DNA of 64,000 bases from a virus (taxonomy: Duplodnaviria; Caudoviricetes): positions 4,587-68,586 of the IMG/VR virus record IMGVR_UViG_3300014205_002439. The stretch is one strand, 5' to 3'. A model generated the notes under the pieces. It had not been told where the DNA came from and ran no database searches. It was given only the letters and a program-made list of their open reading frames with translations. Of the stretch, positions 54,953 to 64,000 are shown in pieces. Made by a program: the position numbers and the translations under genes. Numbering within the stretch: position 1 is the stretch's first letter; each line of letters opens with the position of its first letter.

Positions 54953-56625
54953 TGAGCTTCTACTCCAAACTGCGTCAGATTATCAACAAGAACCAATCCC
55001 GTTCTGTGATTGTGTCGGGGAACATTTATGATTTGTTCTTCGATGGCACGAAATACGTGCCGCTCGTTGACTTCCTGAAGCAAAAGACGTTTGTTCAGAA
55101 GAGCGAAGGAACTCGTGGAGTGACGCAAGTTGTCTACGAAGTCAACCGTCCTATCACGATCATCGGCGATCAACAGGAATTGATTGATACGTGGAATAAA
55201 CTTCGGCCCGGCGATGATTATAATCGCCTGCGTATGGAGTCGTTCTCCAATTCGATGGTGGCCCTCGAACTTCTGCGGCAGTTCACTGTTGCGGCCAATA
55301 CCTTCAAGATGAAAAATGATCTGATCATTATCATTGAAGGTGCTCACATGCTTATCCCAACAGAAGACCTTGCGAGGATGCAGTTCGCCGACCGTAAACG
55401 TTTGGCGATTATGCATGACTGGTTCTCTGATCCAGAATTTGTCAACGGTACAAATTCTGTATTGCTGCTTGCTGAATCTCGCAGTCAGCTTCATCCAATG
55501 ATTTCCAGTCTTCCGCAAGTTCTTTCTGTGGAAGTTCCCTTTCCTGATTTAGAGACTCGGGAACACTTTATCAAGCATACTTCTGGTCGTGAAGAAGGAA
55601 CGCCTATTGATCTCGGGGTTCAAACGGCTGGTCTATCGTTACACGCTCTACGTCAGATTCTCTGTGAGCCAGAAATCACGAGAGATGTAATCAACAACAA
55701 GGTGGAAGAGTTCATCTGTGCTCAGCTTGGAGAGGACGTTGTTGAGTTCAAACGTCCTACTCACAAGCTGGATGATGTGATGGGTTTTCGGAAGCTGAAA
55801 GAGTTCATCCGAACGGAACTTATTCCTCGTTGCATGGCAACAGATGATTCCTCGCTCTCCGGGGCGGCGATTGCTGGGCCAATTGGTGGAGGAAAGACTT
55901 ACATCATGGAAGCTCTGGCGTCTGAACTGGATATGCCAGTGCTGGTTCTCAAGAATCTTCGTAGTCAGTGGTATGGGCAGACTGACGTTAAGCTCGAAAA
56001 GCTGAAAATGGTTTTGACGGCTCTCGTTAAGGTCATGATGTTCGTTGACGAAGCTGACACGCAGTTCGGTGGTGTTGGTGGTGAAACACATGAAACAGAG
56101 CGTCGATTGACCGGCAAGATTCAGGGGATGATGAGTGATCCCAAGCTGCGAGGTAAAGTGGTTTGGCTGCTTATGACGGCTCGTATCGAACGTCTGTCTC
56201 CGGATATTCGTCGCCCCGGTCGAGCAGGGGATTTGATCATCCCGATTCTTGATCCAGAAGACGAAGATCGTAAGGAATTCATCGAATGGGTTTTGAAGGA
56301 TATTCCGCACCAAGATAGTGTAGGAATGGATCGCTTTGATGCTCATACTCGGGACTATTCTTCGGCGTCGTTTGCTGCTCTGCGAAGTCGTCTAAAGGCG
56401 TCCAAATGCCAAACTTTGGAAGATGCCGTCAAGATCGCTGAGGACATTATCCCAAGTGATATTGCCTCTGAACGGCGTTACCAAACACTTCAGGCTCTTT
56501 TGAACTGCACTAGAAAGTCCCTACTCCCGAACGGTGGTATTGGTAAGCACGGTGAGTCTCTGATCTCGACTCGTAGTGAATGGTCAAGAGAGCTTCGACA
56601 ATTGGAGGCGGCTAAACATACCTAA
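54952..56625 (+). CDS. AAA+ ATPase (degenerate N-terminal module plus active C-terminal module)
   Basis: GPIGGGKT, FVDEAD, MTARIERLSPDIRRPGR. Confidence 0.85.
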   Translation: MSFYSKLRQIINKNQSRSVIVSGNIYDLFFDGTKYVPLVDFLKQKTFVQKSEGTRGVTQVVYEVNRPITIIGDQQELIDTWNKLRPGDDYNRLRMESFSNSMVALELLRQFTVAANTFKMKNDLIIIIEGAHMLIPTEDLARMQFADRKRLAIMHDWFSDPEFVNGTNSVLLLAESRSQLHPMISSLPQVLSVEVPFPDLETREHFIKHTSGREEGTPIDLGVQTAGLSLHALRQILCEPEITRDVINNKVEEFICAQLGEDVVEFKRPTHKLDDVMGFRKLKEFIRTELIPRCMATDDSSLSGAAIAGPIGGGKTYIMEALASELDMPVLVLKNLRSQWYGQTDVKLEKLKMVLTALVKVMMFVDEADTQFGGVGGETHETERRLTGKIQGMMSDPKLRGKVVWLLMTARIERLSPDIRRPGRAGDLIIPILDPEDEDRKEFIEWVLKDIPHQDSVGMDRFDAHTRDYSSASFAALRSRLKASKCQTLEDAVKIAEDIIPSDIASERRYQTLQALLNCTRKSLLPNGGIGKHGESLISTRSEWSRELRQLEAAKHT

Positions 56626-56628
56626 TGT

Positions 56629-57333
56629 ATGGTAGATGTAGTCGTATCCCGTTACAAAGAAGACTTTGCTTGGATCAAGAAGATTAGCAAATTCGTAGAC
56701 CGTATCTTTCTTTACAACAAGAGCGGTCTTTCTATTCCTGATCGTTGGAATACGGCCAATTCTCGCATCATTGATCTTGAGAATATTGGACGTGAATCTG
56801 ACACGATCTTGTATCATATCATCGCTAATTACGATGATCTGGCGGACATAACGATCTTTTCTCAGGGCAATCCGTTTGATCATTGTCCAAACATGCTGGA
56901 ATTGATTGAGGCAAGCCAGCATGGAATGGCCGCAATCCAAGAGCAGAATGAGCGGTATATGCAAACCATTGGTCTGCCGCATCCTTACTGGACGGAAGAT
57001 ATGGTGGCTTTGGGTCGGACATGGAAATTCCGAACTTCAGAGATGCCAAATTGGGATCGATACAATTGGCTCCATACCATGTTCAAAATTTGTAAAGCAC
57101 TCTACGGTAAAGCGGCTTTACCGAAAGAAGCGGAAGCGTTATGGGGAGCACAGTTCGCTATCACTCGTGCAAACCTTCAAAGATTTAGCTTGGAGACCTA
57201 CAAACAGTTCCGTGCTATCCATAACGAGAACTACTTTTCCCCTTGGGGGATAGAAAAATACTGGTTGTACTTGTATACAACCAGTCAAGAGGATTACGAT
57301 AAGGCCGACAAGCTGAACGGCTTTATGTTTTAG
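56629..57333 (+). CDS. DUF3431-like protein
   Basis: VVVSRYKEDFAWI, ENIGRES, FSQGNPFDH, GAQFAI, PWGIEKYW. Confidence 0.75.
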   Translation: MVDVVVSRYKEDFAWIKKISKFVDRIFLYNKSGLSIPDRWNTANSRIIDLENIGRESDTILYHIIANYDDLADITIFSQGNPFDHCPNMLELIEASQHGMAAIQEQNERYMQTIGLPHPYWTEDMVALGRTWKFRTSEMPNWDRYNWLHTMFKICKALYGKAALPKEAEALWGAQFAITRANLQRFSLETYKQFRAIHNENYFSPWGIEKYWLYLYTTSQEDYDKADKLNGFMF

Positions 57334-58808
57334 AAATCAAGTTCTTTAACAGTGATCTTGTGACCCTCGTTCTCCAAAACTTTCAAGCGGTTCATAGAAT
57401 GCTTGAGTAGGTAGTCATTGGTTCTGAACAAGAAGTCGTAGTAATCAAGATATTCTTTGTCTTTTGCACAACGAAGACCACGGCCCATCTGCTGAACGAT
57501 AGAGTGCTCGGCTTGTCCGCCGGAAGCGTTGATGAGGTTGTGAACGAAGACGTTGATACCGGCAGTAATGATGTGTCGCATCGCTATTGCGATACGATTG
57601 TCACCGTATTTTAACTCTTTGAACACATTGGCTCGTTCATCAAGATCAGTCTCTCCAGATATCCAGAAGGAGTCCGGGATTAACTGATTAAGATAATCTC
57701 CTTGGTCGATACGTTCAACAAGAATCAGAGTTCGTCCAGTGAGTGTCAGAGTGAGCTTGCGAACAGTCTTGAGGAAATCGAAGTTGTTCGAGATTCCAAG
57801 TGTAACCGCATCAATGTAAGGCTCATTCTGAATGTTCTTTGGCTCGTGGATCGAATAGAACGTACAATTGCTTCGAGAGAGAATACCTCGTTCTTGTAAG
57901 TCTTTGGTAGTCAGATAACCTGTCTTTGTTGTTGTCGTCTTGAACACGCCGCCGAAGTAACCTTTGACTTTGTATTTCTGAACCTTATCCTTACAGTCTT
58001 CGGTTCCGTCTTTATTGAGTTTGGTGAACTTGAATGGTGTTGCAGAGATACCGAAGCGAATTGCCGCCGAAGTCATCTTGTCGAATGCCCGTAGCGGCAC
58101 TGCCGATGTACATTCATGGACTTCGTCCACAATGAGAACCTTAAACTTAGGCAATAGCTTCTCGATTGATTTCAAAGAGTCTTTATGAGCAGTGATACAC
58201 ATGACTCGATTGAACTCTTTGTATTTACCGAAACAGCGTCCCAAGTTCTGAACCCCCCATTGAACCATTTCTTCATAGTTCTGTTTAACAAGACCGGCGT
58301 TCTTAGTCATGAACAGAACAGGCGTGTTGTCAGGCAAAGCCTTCAGAAGCGAAATCAGGATAAAGGTCTTACCGGCACCTGTCGGGGCCTTAATGATTCC
58401 TCGTCCATATTTCAAGGCTTGATTGACGTAATCAACTTGATAGTCGTGAAGCTCTAACGGTTCCAGAAGAGAACCATCTTCGGCATGAGTCTCAGTCCGA
58501 AATTGATTAAGAAAGAATTTGTCGATAGAGGTGTACTTCCACGAAGGAGTATTGCGTTCATCAACGATCTCGTACTCAACCTTGAATAGTTTAAGAGCAG
58601 CAAGAATCTCTGGAAGCAATCCTGTCAAGAACATGCCGCTGTTACGAGCGTAGAAGTCCCTGAAGCCATCCCATACTCTTCGCTTGTAAGCGGTAGAGTG
58701 TTGGTAGCCTTTTTCACGGAAGCGGAGAGCGTTCCAAAGCTTCTCATGGAGTTTGACATTTTCAGTCTTAAGCCATGAGTAGCAGTTTTGAATCTTTAAT
58801 ACTGTCAT
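57330..58808 (-). CDS. uvsW: UvsW-like SF2 DNA helicase
   Basis: KAPTGAGKT, VDEVH, ISATP, QQMGRGLR, YYDF; start reassigned to MTVLKI. Confidence 0.88.
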   Translation of the reverse strand: MTVLKIQNCYSWLKTENVKLHEKLWNALRFREKGYQHSTAYKRRVWDGFRDFYARNSGMFLTGLLPEILAALKLFKVEYEIVDERNTPSWKYTSIDKFFLNQFRTETHAEDGSLLEPLELHDYQVDYVNQALKYGRGIIKAPTGAGKTFILISLLKALPDNTPVLFMTKNAGLVKQNYEEMVQWGVQNLGRCFGKYKEFNRVMCITAHKDSLKSIEKLLPKFKVLIVDEVHECTSAVPLRAFDKMTSAAIRFGISATPFKFTKLNKDGTEDCKDKVQKYKVKGYFGGVFKTTTTKTGYLTTKDLQERGILSRSNCTFYSIHEPKNIQNEPYIDAVTLGISNNFDFLKTVRKLTLTLTGRTLILVERIDQGDYLNQLIPDSFWISGETDLDERANVFKELKYGDNRIAIAMRHIITAGINVFVHNLINASGGQAEHSIVQQMGRGLRCAKDKEYLDYYDFLFRTNDYLLKHSMNRLKVLENEGHKITVKELDF

Positions 58809-58981
58809 GTAGAGAACCTTTCCATCTGTAATATTATAGAATTTTCGTACAGAAGTAAAGGATTCTTTAATATCGAGGTATCTACGCCCGCCGCTCAAAA
58901 GCTCCAAAAAGCTCGTTTGACAGAACAAAATTTGTTCGTAGAATTCAGAGGAGTTTTTCTGACCCAAAGGAGAAGAGTCCG

Positions 58982-60157
58982 ATGAAATACCGAACATGGT
59001 TTGTCATGGCGTTGTGTGCGACTCTCGCACTCGGAGACGCATTCGCTGCTCCCAAGTCCTACAGTGGTGGGAGTAGCAAACCCTCAGCTACGAAACCTTC
59101 TGTTTCAAAGCCGTCAACGCCACCTAGGCCACCGGCTTCAAAGCCTCCGGCCCCGAAGCCAACCGCTCCGAAGGTGACTCCACCAGCACCGAGAGTCACA
59201 CCACCTTCGGCTCCCAAAGCTCCTCCTACTTCAAAGTACAGCGGTGGAAATACGGCTCCGAAGCCTATTGCCCCTCCACCAGCAGCCCCCAAGACGCCGC
59301 CTATTTCTGTTCCGAAAACTCCTCCTGTTGCCCCCAAGTACAGCGGTGGAAATACAAATATTGCACCACAGACCGGATCGACTTCGGTCAAGCCAAAGTC
59401 TGTGTTCAATGCTCCAGATGTCGGAACTGGCAGTGTTAAGCCGAAGAGCGAACCGGTCTCTGATAAGGCTCGGGCTAATATGCAGGCTGCATCAGAGCGT
59501 GGATTTCTCAAGACTCAACAAGCGGTTGCACCTCCGAAGACGGATTACGTTGCCCCGTCCGGGAAGACTGTGAAAGTTGATATAGCTTCTCCTGCTGTTG
59601 CAGCTATCCGTACTCGTCCTAGTACAGAACTAGCTGCCCCGGTGCGTCAACAGAGAACGCAAACACACGTCAACCATTACCATTACTCGCATCCTTCCGA
59701 CTGGTATTACACTCAACCGGCTGTACATGTTGGTGGTGGTTACAGTTCTGCTTTCTGGTGGATGATGATGACGGATTGGTCTGCCGAACGCCGTGCTCGC
59801 TGGTTGTACAACAATCAGGATCGGATTGAGCGTGACGCTTATGAACGTGGTATTCGAGACTCGGCAACTGCTGCTGAAATTGCTCGTCTTCAACAGCAGA
59901 ACGCTGTTCGTGATCCGCATTACGTCGATCAGGATTTCAAAGACAATCCGGATCTCATGTACGAACAGCAATACGTGGAAGCAGCGTACAATCCTGAACC
60001 CGCTCCTACGGCTCCTGTACCGACCCCTGCTCCTTCGTCAAGGTACAGCGGTATGAATGCTCCAAAAACCGGAATTTTCCGTATCGTTGGTTACGCATTT
60101 TTGACGATCCTCAGTATCGTTGGAATCATTTGGTTGGTTGCTTTCAAAAGGTGGTAA
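58982..60157 (+). CDS. Secreted/membrane Pro-rich protein with KYSGGN repeats
   Basis: Signal peptide, low-complexity Pro/Lys/Ser region, C-terminal TM helix. Confidence 0.7.
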   Translation: MKYRTWFVMALCATLALGDAFAAPKSYSGGSSKPSATKPSVSKPSTPPRPPASKPPAPKPTAPKVTPPAPRVTPPSAPKAPPTSKYSGGNTAPKPIAPPPAAPKTPPISVPKTPPVAPKYSGGNTNIAPQTGSTSVKPKSVFNAPDVGTGSVKPKSEPVSDKARANMQAASERGFLKTQQAVAPPKTDYVAPSGKTVKVDIASPAVAAIRTRPSTELAAPVRQQRTQTHVNHYHYSHPSDWYYTQPAVHVGGGYSSAFWWMMMTDWSAERRARWLYNNQDRIERDAYERGIRDSATAAEIARLQQQNAVRDPHYVDQDFKDNPDLMYEQQYVEAAYNPEPAPTAPVPTPAPSSRYSGMNAPKTGIFRIVGYAFLTILSIVGIIWLVAFKRW

Positions 60158-60158
60158 C

Positions 60159-60302
60159 ATGATTGGGATGATGGCTGGGTTGCTTCTTGGCAACACTTTG
60201 GTGGGATGGTTACTCGGCGACGTGACGAAGGGTTTCTGGATCGGACTGATCGCTATCCCAATTTATTTCCTTCTATCGCAAATCATTGGAGTGAAAACAT
60301 GA
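60159..60302 (+). CDS. Small membrane protein
   Basis: 47 aa, hydrophobic, coupled to the next gene. Confidence 0.5.
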   Translation: MIGMMAGLLLGNTLVGWLLGDVTKGFWIGLIAIPIYFLLSQIIGVKT

Positions 60303-61003
60303 CCAAGCGTGGACGTACCCTTTGGGAAATTCTATGGGGCCTCAACAAGCAGGACATCACCCCAATCGAGTTTCAGTATCACAATCCACTCAAGGCCAAG
60401 GTGGGCAATTCGATTGTCTTCCAGAACGAGCCGGGTCTTGCTGACAAGAACTTCTTCATCGAGAAGATCGCCGTCTACCGGACTGACATCGGGCGAAACA
60501 CGTTTTTCCATACAGATTATCTGCTCAAGGCAGTGACTCTGGATGATCTTAAGCCGACTCGTGTTCGCCTCCGTTTGATCCCGGATGACGATGCTCCGAC
60601 GAAGTTGCGTTGTCGAGTACAAGTTTTGCGAGTGATGGATGAATTCGGCTGGGATGATGGTTTCCACAATGTTCTGACAACGGAAACAGAGTTCAATATC
60701 GACTCTGATCCGGAAGGCAATCCTCTCCCGGAACAACTCAAGTTCTGGCGTGTGGATGACGTTCGTGACTCGTACTCGGCTGATCTTGCTGAAATGGCCG
60801 ACAAGAACGGAGACGGAACTGTTCAGCAAGAAGAACTCAATCATTCGAAGATTGAGTATTGGGACTATCACCGTGACAAGGTCACGTCACAAGGTGAACC
60901 TGCTGGCCGTGAGTATGTGTGGGTTGAGATGGACAGCAATACCCATTACTTCACGTTGCTCTGCGGCACAGACATTTCGGCAACAGAAATCAGCATCATC
61001 TGA
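60299..61003 (+). CDS. DUF4178-like protein
   Basis: C-terminus YWDYHR...VWVEMDS...GTDISATEISII resembles DUF4178 (judged by eye). Confidence 0.5.
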   Translation: MTKRGRTLWEILWGLNKQDITPIEFQYHNPLKAKVGNSIVFQNEPGLADKNFFIEKIAVYRTDIGRNTFFHTDYLLKAVTLDDLKPTRVRLRLIPDDDAPTKLRCRVQVLRVMDEFGWDDGFHNVLTTETEFNIDSDPEGNPLPEQLKFWRVDDVRDSYSADLAEMADKNGDGTVQQEELNHSKIEYWDYHRDKVTSQGEPAGREYVWVEMDSNTHYFTLLCGTDISATEISII

Positions 61004-61011
61004 GGCGACCC

Positions 61012-61368
61012 TTGAAAACGATTCTCCGTAAATTGGTTAACTGGTTGGTCAAGACATTTCATCTTGATTTGACACACGAGGAACTTCTTCGTATAGCAAA
61101 TGAAGTCGAAAACAAAAGTCCTTGCAGCGACCAGAAATACATTCGAGTTGTAAACTTACCCGGCCAGTTTGTGGGAGTTGTAAGAGAGTGGAAACTCCGA
61201 GGCCATCAAGACAATCCGAATAACCCAACAACAGGTCGTACTTTGGACATTCTCTACTTCTCCAATGGTGAATGTTTCACACTTGCTACTTGCGTTGACG
61301 ATGATGTGGAGAACGATCTCACTCTTGAAGAGAAAATTTTCATTGATCCAGATTATGGATGGGACTAA
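61012..61368 (+). CDS. Hypothetical protein
   Basis: TTG start. Confidence 0.5.
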   Translation: MKTILRKLVNWLVKTFHLDLTHEELLRIANEVENKSPCSDQKYIRVVNLPGQFVGVVREWKLRGHQDNPNNPTTGRTLDILYFSNGECFTLATCVDDDVENDLTLEEKIFIDPDYGWD

Positions 61369-61390
61369 CCCTTAACCAAAGAGGAACGCC

Positions 61391-62104
61391 ATGTTGACCC
61401 CTGCTCAGTATTTGAAGGTTCTGGAACTCGGTTTCCCACTCAGCCCGCCGCCGTTTGTGACGGGTCTTTGTGGTCGAATCATTCGGGGTAAGACTCCGGA
61501 AGATTTCGCCAAGTTGTCGGACGATCCGAGTCGAAAGATTGTGTTTCTGACGGATGCAGGCGGTCTGGCAAGTATGCTGGGCAAGAGCGGCTATCAGATG
61601 CTCATCACGGTTGGACACCACCCGGATCACATTGCCAAGCAAGTCGCTGCTGGCAAGACATACAAGATCGTTGTGTTTCCGGCTTCGGAAGCTCAACCGG
61701 CAACGTGGGAAGGTCTGTGTCGCAGCACGGCGGAAGTGTATCCGGATCTCAAGTCGGATATGCAGAAGTATTTCGATGAGTTCCAGACCTTGAGTTTCAA
61801 GGATTGGGAGCAGAAGTTTCAGACGCAAATGGGAACGTCCACGCAGATGAAGGATGTGGATGATCCCTCAAGTTTCAACTTCATGTCTTACGACAAGTAC
61901 GTTGCCTCGCCGAGAACTGCTCTTGATCTGCGGAGATTCTTCTACCATACTCTGCACATTCGAGAACTCTTCCGGGGTGATGGGTACACCTACGACGAGA
62001 ACGGTCGTCGTGGCGTGAAGGAATACCTGATGCCGAACAAGGCGATCACCGACATCAAGGATGCTGTTGTGGGGGACGTATCGGTCACGATTCCTACATT
62101 CTGA
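61391..62104 (+). CDS. Hypothetical protein
   Basis: AGAGGA RBS; 237 aa. Confidence 0.7.
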   Translation: MLTPAQYLKVLELGFPLSPPPFVTGLCGRIIRGKTPEDFAKLSDDPSRKIVFLTDAGGLASMLGKSGYQMLITVGHHPDHIAKQVAAGKTYKIVVFPASEAQPATWEGLCRSTAEVYPDLKSDMQKYFDEFQTLSFKDWEQKFQTQMGTSTQMKDVDDPSSFNFMSYDKYVASPRTALDLRRFFYHTLHIRELFRGDGYTYDENGRRGVKEYLMPNKAITDIKDAVVGDVSVTIPTF

Positions 62105-62405
62105 GAGTGTTGTAAAATGGTGCGTTTTAAGGTGCGGAACCAGAGGATTAGAACAGCTTGTCTTCGTATAGCTCTAATCCTCTGGTTTGTAACTGACAGT
62201 GAAATGCGTGGCTGTGATCTTGAGGTTTACCGATTCGCCGATGATCCAGACCGATTCCTTTGTCAGATGACTTCCTACGCCGAACGGAATTACAACATTT
62301 GTCATAGCTGCGACTCTGATCTGTCATTTACAGAACGGTGCCGCAGCTTTTTGTGTTTTTTGGCCGAGAAAAAGGCTATCCACAATCTCTCTTACGGAAG
62401 CGACC

Positions 62406-62678
62406 ATGCCTTCTCGCATTGAGTTCACACCGAATCTACGCTGGCTTGCGGACAAAACCAAACTGGTTAAAAGAGTTGCTGAAATTTTACCAGTAACGGT
62501 TCCTACTCCAAATCAGATGTTTGATGAGTTCGATAAGGGTCGATGGATTGTAGGTACATCCAACGATTGGCGTATGATGATCCGTAAGGATGGAATCTGC
62601 GAACTTTCATATCGATACTCAGTAACAGAAGAGCGAATGGAAGCACTCAAGAAGGTTTTGGAGTGGTTTTTGGAGTAA
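62406..62678 (+). CDS. Hypothetical protein
   Basis: ORF track. Confidence 0.55.
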   Translation: MPSRIEFTPNLRWLADKTKLVKRVAEILPVTVPTPNQMFDEFDKGRWIVGTSNDWRMMIRKDGICELSYRYSVTEERMEALKKVLEWFLE

Positions 62679-62681
62679 GTC

Positions 62682-63044
62682 ATGGAAGACGAGATTATCA
62701 TCACAGATGAACTAGAGAACGGCTACAACGACGACGAAGACACTATCGAGTGTGTGCCTCGCAAAGACATTAAGCACTGCGAACTCTGTGGGCGTGAGAC
62801 TAAGCTCTCATTCCATCACTTAATTCCCTGTGCGGTGCATAAGCGAAACAAGTTTTTGAAGACGTTTGGTCGTGATGAAATGAAATCCAGAGGATTGATG
62901 CTTTGTAAGTTGTGTCATGACGGGATTCATGATATCATCCCCTCTGAGAAAACCTTGGCCGAAAGCTACAATACCAAAGAGCTATTGATGGCTCATGAGG
63001 GTATTATCAAGCATGTAGCTTGGGCCACAAAACAAAAGGTGTGA
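62682..63044 (+). CDS. HNH-like protein
   Basis: CELCGR...SFHHLIP...LCKLCHDGIH. Confidence 0.75.
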   Translation: MEDEIIITDELENGYNDDEDTIECVPRKDIKHCELCGRETKLSFHHLIPCAVHKRNKFLKTFGRDEMKSRGLMLCKLCHDGIHDIIPSEKTLAESYNTKELLMAHEGIIKHVAWATKQKV

Positions 63045-63045
63045 A

Positions 63046-63285
63046 ATGGACTTCTCAGATCCACTAAATCCTCTTAATCCTCTAAACCCGGCAAGTCCAA
63101 TTTGGACTGGAGACGACAGGCCAAGTCAAACCACAACTGTGGTTATTCAAGAGCAACCGATACGCCAAGAAGACATCAACCAAATTTATTGGTTCTTAGG
63201 AATTTCATTTGGAGTTGTTGTGTTGATCTGGTCTGTATTGGTCTATTTGATCCATAATGAAGAACGTAAGTTACGCAAACCATAA
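63046..63285 (+). CDS. Small membrane protein with N-terminal PLN repeats
   Basis: DPLNPLNPLNPASP; C-terminal TM helix. Confidence 0.6.
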   Translation: MDFSDPLNPLNPLNPASPIWTGDDRPSQTTTVVIQEQPIRQEDINQIYWFLGISFGVVVLIWSVLVYLIHNEERKLRKP

Positions 63286-63294
63286 GGATGAATC

Positions 63295-63831
63295 ATGAAT
63301 AGGTCTGATGCTTTGTATTTGGTTCCGAGTCAATTCACCTTCGGTTTTTGTCGCAAGACGAAACCCATTCGAGCCAAGCACATCACTGCTGTGCTGTCGG
63401 ATCGAAAACTCCAAACCAAGATGCTTGTCGATACGTTCGAAGGCAAAGAGCCTTTGGGCGAGCACGTCATGATCTGTCTTGGAGAAGCGGGGGATTGCTG
63501 GCAGCAGGGGCCGAACAAGCTGGTTGCCAAGTACAACATCGACGGAGTTGACTACGACGGATGGCTTCTGTGTTCACCGAAGCCGGATGTTATGGTGAAC
63601 TACAAGCAGGTTAATGAACCCAACTTTTGTATCCAAGGTAGCTACGGCGAAACTGCCGAAGTCAAGGTTTGGGGTAATGGCCCTGAGCCAGAAACAAAGA
63701 CGATGGAGAAGATTCAGTTTGGCGAGGCTGGGGACTATGTTCTCCAGAGTCAACAGGATCTCAAAGACTTCTGGATCGTCAAACGGCGGTTCTTCGAGAA
63801 CACCTATGACATCGTTTTGGAGAACCGATAA
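63295..63831 (+). CDS. PGDYG-like hypothetical protein
   Basis: GEAGDYVL...DFWIVKRRFFENTY. Confidence 0.6.
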   Translation: MNRSDALYLVPSQFTFGFCRKTKPIRAKHITAVLSDRKLQTKMLVDTFEGKEPLGEHVMICLGEAGDCWQQGPNKLVAKYNIDGVDYDGWLLCSPKPDVMVNYKQVNEPNFCIQGSYGETAEVKVWGNGPEPETKTMEKIQFGEAGDYVLQSQQDLKDFWIVKRRFFENTYDIVLENR

Positions 63832-63839
63832 GAGATTGT

Positions 63840-64000
63840 GCTAAAAGTTCCTAGGTTATCGCAGTAGCGAAAGCTATTGAGGAAGTTCGGGACCATTTTG
63901 CTGGACGTGGGAGGGCGTAAAAACCCGTTATCACCACGGAGGTGGCAAGCCGCACAGCCTGAGTGGGAAAGCAACACGATGAAGGCGGGTAGGTGCAGCC
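63840..64000 (+). ncRNA. rnpB: RNase P RNA-like gene, 5' part (truncated by window edge)
   Basis: GGUUAUCGC (P2-like), CAGUAGC-GAAA-GCUAUUG (P3), GAGGAAGUUCGGGACC (CR-I/P4/P5), GGGAAAGCAACAC (CR-II-like), UGAAG (CR-III-like). Confidence 0.65.

Noticed and set aside
59059-59400. Short DNA repeats in the Pro-rich gene
   Set aside because: Explained by low-complexity protein coding (KYSGGN and PPxP units); not an independent repeat element.
1-64000. Bacterial chromosome origin suggested by hldE, coa and ABC genes
   Set aside because: These genes are dispersed among T4-like uvsX, gp32, gp41 and uvsW genes, homing endonucleases and dense small hypothetical genes; no ribosomal or housekeeping operons.
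1-64000. Stop-codon reassignment, CRISPR arrays, tRNAs, diversity-generating retroelement
   Set aside because: Conserved genes are full length under code 11 and all three stops are used; I saw no spaced direct repeats, cloverleafs or reverse transcriptase.

Overview
This 64 kb window looks like part of a very large (jumbo-type) dsDNA phage genome using the standard genetic code. It carries a T4-like recombination/replication set (UvsX/RecA, gp32-like SSB, UvsY-like, gp41/DnaB helicase, UvsW, gp4/TnsA-like nuclease), a short family-A polymerase, a Ski2-like helicase and nucleotide-metabolism genes (thyA, folA, dNMP kinase, thioredoxin). These are interspersed with many small hypothetical genes, two free-standing homing endonucleases and many host-like metabolic genes (PrkA/YeaG kinase, HldE, CoaB/CoaC/CoaD, macrodomain, amidoligase plus GGCT). 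The most notable observations are: (1) a dispersed envelope module of three ABC substrate-binding proteins (two fused to OmpA-like domains), a vWA protein, a PspA-like protein, a permease, an ABC ATPase and an AAA+ ATPase; (2) four unrelated small proteins that all end in [DN]-W-[VQ]-[KR]-E-G-F-stop; (3) six proteins with a T4 capsid-targeting-like N-terminus, several just downstream of a TA-N-ATA element; (4) the 5' part of an apparently compact RNase P RNA at the right edge. All family calls come from reading motifs by eye; no database searches were run. I saw no CRISPR array, tRNA or rRNA.
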